Source: an uncultured beta proteobacterium (GTDB taxonomy: Bacteria; Pseudomonadota; Gammaproteobacteria; Burkholderiales; Burkholderiaceae_F). Taken from it: DNA of 64,000 nucleotides. Shown here piece after piece: positions 49,701-58,451 of this stretch; the stretch's first letter is position 1, and each line of letters starts with the position of its first letter. The DNA is taken from positions 212,496-276,495 of the forward strand of contig CAWDDF010000010.1 of the NCBI GenBank assembly GCA_963801035.1, given 5' to 3'. The translations under genes and the position numbers were made by a program. The notes beneath the pieces were generated by a model, which made no database searches, was not told the origin of the DNA, and was given only the letters and a program-made list of their open reading frames with translations.

Positions 49701-52377
49701 CGCGACCGGTGCGGTTGCGCCGCGAACCTCCGCCTCAGCAAACGGCTGCAGCAAACCCGTAGTGCCGGTGCTCAGCAGTTCCACGTAAGCGGGAAACGCC
49801 GCCTTCTCGTCCGGCAAGCCGCCATGCTCGCAGTCGAGTTGCCACGTGCGGACACCCGGCAGGCGCGCGCTCGTAATCGTCACACGGCCGTCGCCGTGAT
49901 TCGGCGCGTCGAGATACACAAGCCCTTCGTCGCCGATCTCGTAGCCATCGGGTGTGAAGCGCGCTTGACCCACGACGAGCTTCACCTTGTCGCTGAACGA
50001 GGCCAGGTCGGCTGCTATCTGCGCATCCAGGCGCTGGCGCAGGGCCAGCGCGCGGTCAAGCACGGACTGTGGCGGCACGCCCCAGGTGCACGACTCTATC
50101 TGCAGTCCTTCGTGGTGCCACCAACTGTTCTCGCGCACGCGTTTCAGATCCTCGTCGGCGAGCGCCTGCCACGTCGCGTGTTGGTCGAGCGCAAGCTTGG
50201 TGTCTAGCAGCCCGGCCTGCAGTTGAATGAATCCCGGCATCCGAGCCATCAGCGCGCGCGCGGTGCGATCCTGAAACGGTGCGCCGAAAGTCACCAGCAG
50301 ATTGCCGAACGTGTCGTCGCCGGATAGCACCTGCATCGGAGCCCACGAACCGCCGTTCGGCGTGCCTAGCATCAACAAGCGCGCATCGGGGTGCGCCATC
50401 ATCCGCTGCCAAACCTTCGGCTTCTCGAGCTGCATCGTGCGCGCGAGCACTCCGCCCATCGAGTGAGCGAGCAGGCGGACCGGCTTACCGCTCGCCTTGC
50501 GTGCGTCGAGCGCGGCAGTGACCGCGTCTGCCAGACGCGCCGCTTCGTCTTCTATCGGACGCCGCCAATCGAACGCGAATTCGATGACCTCGTGCGTCTT
50601 TGCCAGATACTCGCCGAGGTCGTCATAGCTCATCCCGACTGGCCCGTCGGGCTCGACACCGTCGGGCTTGCCGGTGTAGTCGAGCTTCTTGAGGCCGTTG
50701 ATCAGGCGCCAGCCGAGCCAGATGCGTTTGCCGTTGACCTTTAGGTTGCTGCCCAAGATGCCGGGCAGCACGAACACCGCTGGCTTGTCGCTCGCGGGCT
50801 TGCCGTCGTCGGCTCCGCGTATGCGGCCACGCACGCCGGTGGCCGATTCGCCGGACCACGACAGCGGCCCAATGACGCGAAAGCCGGTGGGCATGTCTTG
50901 CGTGAGCGCGTTGACAATGGCTTCGGCCGTGCGCTCGTTGCTGAAATAGTTGAAGTGCGAAACCTTGCCGCCCTGGTCGAGCACGAACGTCGCCCCGGCG
51001 GCACGTGGAGCACCGCCGTACATCGAACGCGTCTGAACCACCAGGTCGTTATCGGTCCAGTAAAACGAATCGGCCAGCAGCGTCTTCAGCCACGACATCA
51101 CCGAGTCGCCCTCGATGTCGCCGGCCACCACGCGCAATTCGCCCGGGATCGGCTCGTCTACCGCATGCAGCCAGCGCACCAGCGGACTGTCGGGAATCTG
51201 CGCCGCGAGGCCGGGAATCTTGTCGGGGTCTGCGCGTCGCTGTGCCACCTCTCCCAGGAAGTCGACGAGCACGGGCGCGACCGGAATGCCGGCCAGTTCC
51301 AGGGTCCACTTGAACACCGACAAGTACGCGTCGAGTCGCTTGGACGCGAGCAGCGTGCCGCGCGCCGGGCATGCCACGCGCACGATGCGCTCGACCTTGA
51401 TACCGCGTGTTTTCACCTCGTCGACGAGCGTCTTCAGCGCATCGCGCTGCGCTTTGTATTCGGTGCCCTTGAACAATGCCGTGTCGTCGGGGCTCAGCTT
51501 CGGGTTTGCACAAACGCGCGCCAGTACTTCCGCCACCAACCCGCCGCGCGAATGAGTGACCAAGTGCAGGCGCGCTCCCTTGGGCAGCGCCTGCACGAGC
51601 GTCAACGCATTGCTGATCGGGCCAACGCCCAGCGTCGGATGCTCGAGTCCATAAACTCGGTCGGCATACTTTGCGAACAGCGTGCGCACGTGCTGTGGGT
51701 ACTGCGACCACAGTTTGGAAAATGAGCCGCTGGTCGTCGTGAACGTGCCATGCACGAACACCAGCAGCGGCCCGCCGTCGGCCGCGGCCGGCGCCTGCGC
51801 AAGCGGCTTGCCGGTGCCCTTCAGCGGCGGCAGCGATTCGCGCGGCAATGCATACAGGCCAGCGGTTACCTGATTGTCGACACGTTGCACCGCCTTCGTG
51901 ACTACGAAGTCGGCTGCATCGCCTTTGCTGACGCCGGTGACCACCTCGATCGCCGACAGCAACACGTCGCCCAGGAAGCCGCGGGTCGCACCACGGACTG
52001 GCGCTTCTTTCTCGAGTCCGCGCCAACGCAGTTGCGCGGGAACTCGTACCTCGTTGGGTCCCGGTTGATCAACACCCTGCTCCGCGAGTTCGTTTGATTT
52101 GGCCTTGCTGACCCAGCATCAGGTCGCGTGCGTTTTCGGGATGCAGGGTCAGTGCCGGTCCGCCTGCGATGTGCAGCACGACAACGTCCTCGCCAGGCAT
52201 CGCTGCAACGCGTACCTCGGCACCGACGCCGCGCTGCGCGCCAACGCGTACGGATTGCTTCAGAACTCCGCTGGTCAGCCCCGCCGGCAGCGGTGCGGCC
52301 GCCGCGCCGCGCGTTGCGGCGGGCTGCTCCTGTCCGGGAACGAGAAAGACAATCGGCTGTGCAGCGGTCGTTGCCAT
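46749..52377 (-). CDS. Giant multidomain protein: N-terminal leader domain / two lipase-like alpha/beta-hydrolase modules / LAP-N (macro-fold)-like module / CHAT protease / C-terminal helical repeats; one apparent frameshift between 52072 and 52118
   Basis: Track ORF 46749..51965 (1738 aa) has several motifs. Hydrolase 1 is LLVFVHGTFT…LVTHSRGG (Ser ~51551). Hydrolase 2, LCAT/PGAP1-like, is FVLPGILGS…FDWRRP…LLAHSMGG (Ser ~50462). The LAP-N-like pattern is VTVVNGDL…LLIGHY…AVVVVGLGEEGKLSPAELVHTVRQA. The CHAT dyad is RIVHIAGHG (~48236) and LVFVNCCHLA (48069-48074). Its frame stays open upstream to 52118 and overlaps the end of ORF 52069..52467. The latter's internal ATG at 52377 (MATTAAQPIVFLVPG) has an aagga RBS and sits 19 nt after the amidase stop. 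Confidence 0.75.
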
Positions 52378-52396
52378 CCGTCGATTCCTTATGACT

Positions 52397-53104
52397 TTAG
52401 CGGCGTACGAGCGTCGAGCGCGTGCGCGCTCGAGTTTTCTTCTTCGGCGCTTTGTGCATGACGCCAACTTTCACCGCGCCGCGCTGAACCGCCATCGCGG
52501 GCGCGTTGCGATCGAGCGCGCGGCCGGCGATTGCCGCCAGTGGAAACGCGGGCCCAGGATCCTGCTTGCGTCCGCGCGCGATGTCTTCGTGGCCGAGCAC
52601 GTCCTGCAGTCCGTAGTAGTCGACTAGCAGCTTGGCCAACTCGTGCGCACGCTCTATCTGCACTTCGGTGTAGACGTGCCACGGCCGCGTGCCGCCGCCG
52701 TGTTTGTGCTCTGCGAGCATCACATCGCCTGCACCGTATTCCTTGCCGAACCACGCGATGAACTTGTCGCCGACCCTATTCAACCAACCGGCATTGTCCA
52801 TCTCAATGCCGATCGAAGCGCGGTTCAGCCCCACGAGTCCATTCCACTGGCTGACTCCGGCATGCCAGGTGACGATGTTGAACGGCGCGAGTTGCACGAT
52901 GCGCCCGTCGCGCGACACCACCAGATGTGCAGACGCGTTTCCCTGCGGCTTGCGAGTGCACAGCGACTCGACCGAGCTGTCGGCCGACCGGCCCGCCGTG
53001 TAGTGGAACACCAGAAAGCGTGCTTTCAATTCGCCGCCGCAGTTCGGCGTGGCGCGGAAGCTCACGCCGTCTCCGATCAGCCGATGATTCTCGATGCTCA
53101 GCAT
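52397..53104 (-). CDS. N-acetylmuramoyl-L-alanine amidase (Amidase_2; AmpD/PGRP-type)
   Basis: Track ORF 52397..53296. The preferred start is ATG 53104 (MLSIENHRLIG), 7 nt after the caspase stop. Motifs are FLVFHYTAG…ASAHLVVSRDGRIVQL…TWHAGVS…SIGIEMDN…GHEDIA…KQDPGPAFP. Confidence 0.85.
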   Translation of the reverse strand: MLSIENHRLIGDGVSFRATPNCGGELKARFLVFHYTAGRSADSSVESLCTRKPQGNASAHLVVSRDGRIVQLAPFNIVTWHAGVSQWNGLVGLNRASIGIEMDNAGWLNRVGDKFIAWFGKEYGAGDVMLAEHKHGGGTRPWHVYTEVQIERAHELAKLLVDYYGLQDVLGHEDIARGRKQDPGPAFPLAAIAGRALDRNAPAMAVQRGAVKVGVMHKAPKKKTRARTRSTLVRR

Positions 53105-53111
53105 GGACGGC

Positions 53112-54030
53112 TTACACCGTAAATGGACGCTGCGCGACGAAGCGCGCGACGTCGCCGAGCAGATACAGATTCGGCGTCTGTCCTGGCGGCATGCCGGCCC
53201 GGATAGCGGCGTGAAAACTTGCGTAGTTTCCTTGGTAGGCGCCGCGGTTCCACACTTGCAACAGCTGCCCCGTAAAGGCGCCGTTATAGTCGCCATCCAT
53301 CGACGTCTGGTTGTCCTGGCAGCCGGAGATAAGAATCACTGCGGCTTTGAACTTGCGCACGATCGCACTGACGCGACCGCTGCTTACGCTGAGGTTCGAC
53401 AGCACCGCATCCGGATCAGCGATACTGGCTTTGCCGGCATTCTTGGCGATGTCGGCCTGCAGCTTGTCGTAGAACTTTTGATGCTGCTCGTATGCCCGGC
53501 GCCCGACCTCGACCGGCATCATCTTTGAGCGACCAATGACTAACGTGCCATCTGCATTCGGCCGACGAGCGCGCGTGACGGTGCCGGAGTGGCAGCTGTC
53601 GGATAACACGAGGATGCGCACGCCCGTCGGCGAAGCGGCTCAGCTCGTAGTACAGCTCGTCGTCGATCAGCTGACCGTCGTACAGACACCAAGTCTCGTC
53701 CTGCTTGTCGGATTCGTCGCCGGTGATGTCGGGCACCTGGCCGCCATGACCCGAGAAGGTGAGGAAGAAAAAGTCTCCTGCACGCAGCGACTTGGCGGCA
53801 TCACGAATGCCGGCCAGTATGTTCGCGCGCGTGCCCTTCTTCGTCAGCAACACGCTCGTCTTCATGCCCTGCGCTCGGGCAAGCGCAGCCAAGTCGTGCG
53901 CGTCGAATTCACACGCCGCGAGAGGTCCGCTCCAGCCGCCGTAGGCCGAAGGGCTCACCGTGTTCAGACCAATATTCAGCGACAGCGCCCGCGGCTTGGT
54001 CGCGAGTGCCTTGCGTCGTTTGCCTGCCAT
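53112..54030 (-). CDS. Caspase-fold (peptidase C14) protease, interrupted by one apparent frameshift near 53620-53632
   Basis: ATG 54030 ([23 protein letters not shown]) follows a gggaggag RBS. The catalytic His is in [11 protein letters not shown] (~53746-53748). After the shift at a gacggg run the frame reads [13 protein letters not shown], with the catalytic Cys at 53592-53594. Confidence 0.8.
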
Positions 54031-54204
54031 GCGCTCCTCCCTTACTTTCTTGGGCTCGATCATCGCCACAATCGATCGCCTCGGCAACCGCTTACATCGA
54101 TGAGTGCGTCGTGAAAAATGGACAAGATGCTTGTTGACTACTGCGTTAACGTTCGCGAAACGTGACCATGACGCTCTTCGAATCCCGGTAGCCACGTCAT
54201 CGCC

Positions 54205-55989
54205 ATGTTCGGTCCCCGCCTGTTCGTCAGCTACCGCCGCGCCGACTCGGAGGCCACCGCTGGCCGCCTGTTCGAGGCGCTGAGAGCGCGGTTCGGAGAT
54301 CGCGTGTTCTTCGATACATCCAGTATTCCGTACGGAGAAGACTTCCGACGCGTGATACGAACGCGCATAGCCGCGAGCGACGTGGTGCTTGTCGTCATCG
54401 GAAAACAATGGCTCACTGCCGCCGACGAGCGCGGGCTCAGGCTGCAGCAGCCGGACGATCCGGTTCGCTTCGAGATCGAAACCGCACTCGCGCGCGACTC
54501 GGTGCGAGTAGTGCCGGTGAGAATTGATCACGCTGAGCCGCCGCCCGAGTCGGCCCTGCCGGCGTCGATTGGCGCGCTGGCGGCGCTGAACATGGCGCAG
54601 CTGCGCAACGAAACGTTCGACGTCGATTTCAACGCGCTGGTCGAACAACTGCACGGTCGGATGCCCGGCGACGTCGTCCGCGAGCTCGACTGGAGCAGTC
54701 GCGTCAAGGCGACAGCAGCGGCGTTTCCAATCGCGGCGATAGCGATTGCACTGCTGGCGCTGCTGGTTGCATGGTCAGGCGCACTCGACCTGTTGCACAT
54801 CGACACGCATGTGCAACGGCTCTTGCTCGCTGCCGGCGCCCGCAATGCCGGTGAGCCGGTACTGCTGGTGGGCATCGACGCAGCAAGCGAGCGTGAGCGT
54901 GGCAGACCCTTTGGGCCCGCTGAGCATGTGGCCGCCTGGCGCCGCGACCACGCGCGCCTGATCGATCGTGCTGCGCTCGCTGGCGCTAAGGCCGTGGTGT
55001 TCGATATTTTTTTCGAACGCACGACCGATGCCGATGCCGAGCTCGCCGCTGCTGCGCGTCGCGCCGCCAAAGGAGCAACACCGACGCGTGTGGTCTTCGG
55101 CGTGCGCCGCCTCGCAGGCGACGCGCCCGAATTGCCGCCGATCCTCCGCGACGCTGGGCAATGGGGGTCGCTGTGCCTGATCGACCGCGGTGGTGGTGCT
55201 TTGTGGTCGACGCCGCTTGCAATCGCGCAGCGCAGCAGCACGCGCGCCGGCGACTCGGTTGCAGCGGTACATCCAGCGCTGTCTTTGGCGGCTCTGGTGG
55301 GCGAACCGCTACGCGCAGCCGATCTGTCCCGGCGTGAGCTGCGATTCGACGGGCCGCTGCGTCTAACGCCGGTTCGCTTCAGTACGGTCGAGCCGACGCG
55401 GCTCGACCATCCTTCGTGCCCCATCGCGCGTGACGGCGACGACCAGTTGACGCTGCTGCTGCGCGTTGCCCCGGCTGGGCACTGGCGCGACGCGGCGCGC
55501 CAAGTGTCGTACGCCGACGCGCTGGATTCGGCGCGCGTCGGCGACGATCGCTTCAAAGGCCGTGTCGTCCTCGTTGGAGCGATGGCGCTCGAGCGTCCCG
55601 AAGCGAACGCCGACATCCACATCGTTCGCGAAGGCTTTGTGCCTCGCCAAGTGTTCGGCGTCGAACTGCAGGCCGACGCCATCGCGACACTCGCCAGTGG
55701 CCGCGTGCCGCAACTGCTTACCGTCGGGGGTCATTTCGCTACGACCCTGCTGGCCTGCGCTCTCGGGGCGGTAGCTGCGCTCGGGTTGTATCGCCAACCG
55801 CGATGGTGGCGCCGTGGTGCGCTGCTTGCGCTGATGCTCGCCTGGATGCTCGTTGCGTGGTGGCTAGCGACGCGCGACATCGTGATCAACGCAGCGCATG
55901 ATGTGATCGCGATGCTGCTGTCGTATCTTGCGCTGCGCGCGACGCAATGGTTCGCGCGCACCTTCCAACGCGTGCGGAGACCGACATGA
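54205..55989 (+). CDS. TIR-domain protein fused to a CHASE2 extracytoplasmic sensor domain (multi-pass membrane protein)
   Basis: The TIR domain is [47 protein letters not shown]…[12 protein letters not shown]…[14 protein letters not shown] helix follows. The CHASE2 pattern is [12 protein letters not shown]…[29 protein letters not shown] … [18 protein letters not shown]. There are C-terminal TM helices. Confidence 0.85.
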   Translation: MFGPRLFVSYRRADSEATAGRLFEALRARFGDRVFFDTSSIPYGEDFRRVIRTRIAASDVVLVVIGKQWLTAADERGLRLQQPDDPVRFEIETALARDSVRVVPVRIDHAEPPPESALPASIGALAALNMAQLRNETFDVDFNALVEQLHGRMPGDVVRELDWSSRVKATAAAFPIAAIAIALLALLVAWSGALDLLHIDTHVQRLLLAAGARNAGEPVLLVGIDAASERERGRPFGPAEHVAAWRRDHARLIDRAALAGAKAVVFDIFFERTTDADAELAAAARRAAKGATPTRVVFGVRRLAGDAPELPPILRDAGQWGSLCLIDRGGGALWSTPLAIAQRSSTRAGDSVAAVHPALSLAALVGEPLRAADLSRRELRFDGPLRLTPVRFSTVEPTRLDHPSCPIARDGDDQLTLLLRVAPAGHWRDAARQVSYADALDSARVGDDRFKGRVVLVGAMALERPEANADIHIVREGFVPRQVFGVELQADAIATLASGRVPQLLTVGGHFATTLLACALGAVAALGLYRQPRWWRRGALLALMLAWMLVAWWLATRDIVINAAHDVIAMLLSYLALRATQWFARTFQRVRRPT

Positions 55990-56651
55990 GTACCTCAGCC
56001 AGTTGTCTGTGTCGCTGGCCTACATTCCTGGCGCTGGTGTTGACGCTGGCCGGCAGCGCCAACGCGCAAACCGCGTTGCCGCCGGCGCAGTTGTGGCAGA
56101 TCGCACGCGAAGTGCCCGGCGCCGACCCGCGCTGGCAGCGCATCGACGCCGACAAGACCGCGGTGCGGGTATGGCGCGGCGGTCGCGAGATTGCGGTTCA
56201 GCGACTAATGACCTTGCTGCCGGGCGACGAGTTAGAGACGGGTCAGAACGTAGCCGTGGTACTTCGCTTTCGCGATGCCGGCGAGACGTTGATACATAAA
56301 GGCACGCGTGTGCGAATCGGCTCGCTCGAAGTCGTTTTCGGGCGCGTGTTCGCGCAGTTGCGGAATCGGTTCACGGTGTCGAGCCAGACTGTCGTTGCTG
56401 GCGTCGAGGGGACGCGTTTTCTGTTCGAGGTCGGTCGCGATCGTGCGGTGCGGATCGCGGTGGCCGACGGTGCAGTCGTGTGCCGTTCGCCGAAGGACGC
56501 ATGGGCGCCGGTGCGGCTGCGTGGCAACGAGTCGCTGTTGGCGCGCTACCCGGGCCGTGGGCCGCCAGCAGTGGGGAAGGCAGACGCGCGCGAGATGCGC
56601 GCGTACGAGGAACTGTCGCTGCAAATTGGTCGCGCGACCGCTGCAAGATAG
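55986..56651 (+). CDS. Secreted FecR-domain protein
   Basis: ATG 55986 overlaps the TIR-CHASE2 stop (ATGA). The signal peptide is …WPTFLALVLTLAGSANAQ. The FecR-type beta-rich core is GDELETGQNVAVVLRF…TVSSQTVVAGVEGTRFLFEV. Confidence 0.8.
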   Translation: MSTSASCLCRWPTFLALVLTLAGSANAQTALPPAQLWQIAREVPGADPRWQRIDADKTAVRVWRGGREIAVQRLMTLLPGDELETGQNVAVVLRFRDAGETLIHKGTRVRIGSLEVVFGRVFAQLRNRFTVSSQTVVAGVEGTRFLFEVGRDRAVRIAVADGAVVCRSPKDAWAPVRLRGNESLLARYPGRGPPAVGKADAREMRAYEELSLQIGRATAAR

Positions 56652-56663
56652 TAGAAGCGGCCA

Positions 56664-57257
56664 GTGAAAAAGATGGCAACGCCGCGGCTCATATTTTTGT
56701 TTAGCGGTCACATGATCGACAAGCTGGGCCGTAGGCATCCGCGGTTTCCGCCCGAGTGCGAGCCGAGCGTCGCCGCTGCAATCGACGCCAAGCTAACCGA
56801 GCTGGGTGCTGATGCTAATGATTTGGGAATTACTCAGGGTGCGTGCGGAGGCGATCTGCTGTTCGCCGAAGCCATGTTGAAGCGCGGTGCAGCGCTGGAG
56901 CTGCATTTGCCGCTTACTGAAGAAGTGTTCATTAACCGGTCGGTCGATTTCGAGAAGGCGTCGCTCAATAGTCCCGACCGCTGGCGCGATCGGTTTCTCG
57001 CTGTCCGGCGCCATCCGTCCGTTGCTGTGACTGTGATGAGCAACGACGGCCAAGCGTCAGACGATGTATTCGAACGCTGCAATCTGTGGATGGTCGAGCG
57101 CGCACTTTCCTTCGGCGCCGACAAAGTGCGCTTTATCTGCGTGTGGAACGGCGAAGGCGGCGACGGGCCGGGTGGCACAGAACACATGCGTAAAGCGGTG
57201 GAGCAAAGCGGCGGCGCGCAGTACTGGATCGATACTCGCAAACTGTGTCAGCAATAG
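56664..57257 (+). CDS. Hypothetical protein, possibly SLOG-fold (LOG/DprA/YpsA-like Rossmannoid)
   Basis: 197 aa. LIFLFSGHMID…GITQGACGGDLLFAEAMLKRGAALELHLP resembles the (S/Q)G-x-x-G-x-D…A glycine-rich loop of SLOG families. A later motif is VWNGEGGDGPGGTEHM. This is weak, motif-level evidence only. The start could be GTG 56664 or ATG 56673. Confidence 0.35.
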   Translation: MKKMATPRLIFLFSGHMIDKLGRRHPRFPPECEPSVAAAIDAKLTELGADANDLGITQGACGGDLLFAEAMLKRGAALELHLPLTEEVFINRSVDFEKASLNSPDRWRDRFLAVRRHPSVAVTVMSNDGQASDDVFERCNLWMVERALSFGADKVRFICVWNGEGGDGPGGTEHMRKAVEQSGGAQYWIDTRKLCQQ

Positions 57258-57311
57258 CGCGGCCAAACATCACCAACAAACAATTCTTCCCCGTCATTGC
57301 AAGGAAATTCG

Positions 57312-58187
57312 ATGCCCGACAATCTGCAGCCCATCACGCAGGTCGACTCCGCTGCGTTCGAAAGACCGGAGTTCCAGCAATCATTGAACGACTATTCCCG
57401 AGTATTCCTCGCGGAAGGCGATTCGTGGTTCAGCTACGGTTCGACGAAGTTCCGCAATACATTTACTTCGATGGAGTTGCCTTACCCCGCCTGTGTGCTC
57501 AATATTTCCGAACCCGGCGACACGCTGCGTCGAATGCACGAGACAACTCGCAATCGGCAGTTCTACTTTTATCTGCGAAACAAGAGCGGGCGACGCTGGA
57601 ACGCAATTTTTCTTTCTGGTGGTGGCAATGACCTGATGGACGCTTTGTGGAACAAGGAGGCGCAGCGCTCTGAAATATTGGTTAGGCCGAACGCGCCGGG
57701 AAGCATCGACCAATCGAACCTGCGCTCAGTGATTAACGAGGACGCTCTCGATGCACTGCTTAACTACATCAAGGTCAACGTCGCTCAGATCGTCGCGCAG
57801 GGACGCGACGGTCCAGGCAGCGACAGCCAGGGTGTTCCGCTGCTGATGCACACCTACGCGCTGGCGCAACCTCGTAACGCGCCGGTGCGGCACGTGGGAG
57901 GAGGGCCCTGGCTCTTTCCGGCGTGCGTATGGCTGGGGATCGATTCGGCGCTGTGGTTGGACCTTAGTCGGTTGCTGCTGGAAGAGCTCGCTGCGTGCAT
58001 CAGGTCAATCGACCTGCCAAATTTTCATGTTGTCGATACGTTGAAACTGACTACGACACTGATACCAGCCGCTGCTGGGACTACGGGAGATTCAAACGAC
58101 TGGGACAATGAAATTCATCCCAATCGCGGCGGCTACAAAAAACTCGCTGCCACCTGGACGGAGGAGATCGCCAAGATACTTCCCTGA
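57312..58187 (+). CDS. SGNH/GDSL-type hydrolase (esterase/lipase fold)
   Basis: ATG 57312 follows an aagga RBS. Block I is FLAEGDSWFSYG. Block III is IFLSGGGNDLMD. Block V-like is WDNEIHPN. Confidence 0.7.
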   Translation: MPDNLQPITQVDSAAFERPEFQQSLNDYSRVFLAEGDSWFSYGSTKFRNTFTSMELPYPACVLNISEPGDTLRRMHETTRNRQFYFYLRNKSGRRWNAIFLSGGGNDLMDALWNKEAQRSEILVRPNAPGSIDQSNLRSVINEDALDALLNYIKVNVAQIVAQGRDGPGSDSQGVPLLMHTYALAQPRNAPVRHVGGGPWLFPACVWLGIDSALWLDLSRLLLEELAACIRSIDLPNFHVVDTLKLTTTLIPAAAGTTGDSNDWDNEIHPNRGGYKKLAATWTEEIAKILP

Positions 58188-58451
58188 TGCAGGAACGCAG
58201 TAGCGCTTGACACGATTCTTGACTACGTCCTCAAGGTGCGTCATCGAACCCCACGCGCCCTCGCTGTCGAGCACTGCGCGATGGATTTGAGTTCGTATAA
58301 CACGCCAGAATCTGGCTCCTTGAGTCTCCTCGCGCAAGTGTCAGGTCGATGCGCCTGGAGCGCGAATAAGCAGTAGTCGCTCAGCAGATTCGCTTTTACA
58401 CTCGGCAGCGAAGGCCGGGGCTGCGGCGGGCCCGGGCAAGCGGAGGTGCCG

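Noticed and set aside
52069-52467. Treating this 132-aa ORF as an independent small gene
   Set aside because: Its first 30 codons overlap the amidase gene. The frame of the downstream giant is open across its stop, and the two sequences join smoothly. It is better explained as the N-terminus of the giant protein split by one indel. This is unproven.
53416-54654. The full 412-aa track ORF as the caspase gene
   Set aside because: Its first ~208 codons are antisense to the TIR-CHASE2 5' region and the intergenic gap and lack motifs. The ATG at 54030 has a strong GGAGG-type RBS and begins the recognisable caspase sequence.
58205-58240. Sigma-70 promoter upstream of the third TIR gene (TTGACA at about 58208)
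   Set aside because: No acceptable -10 hexamer lies at 16-18 bp spacing. Not enough evidence to call.
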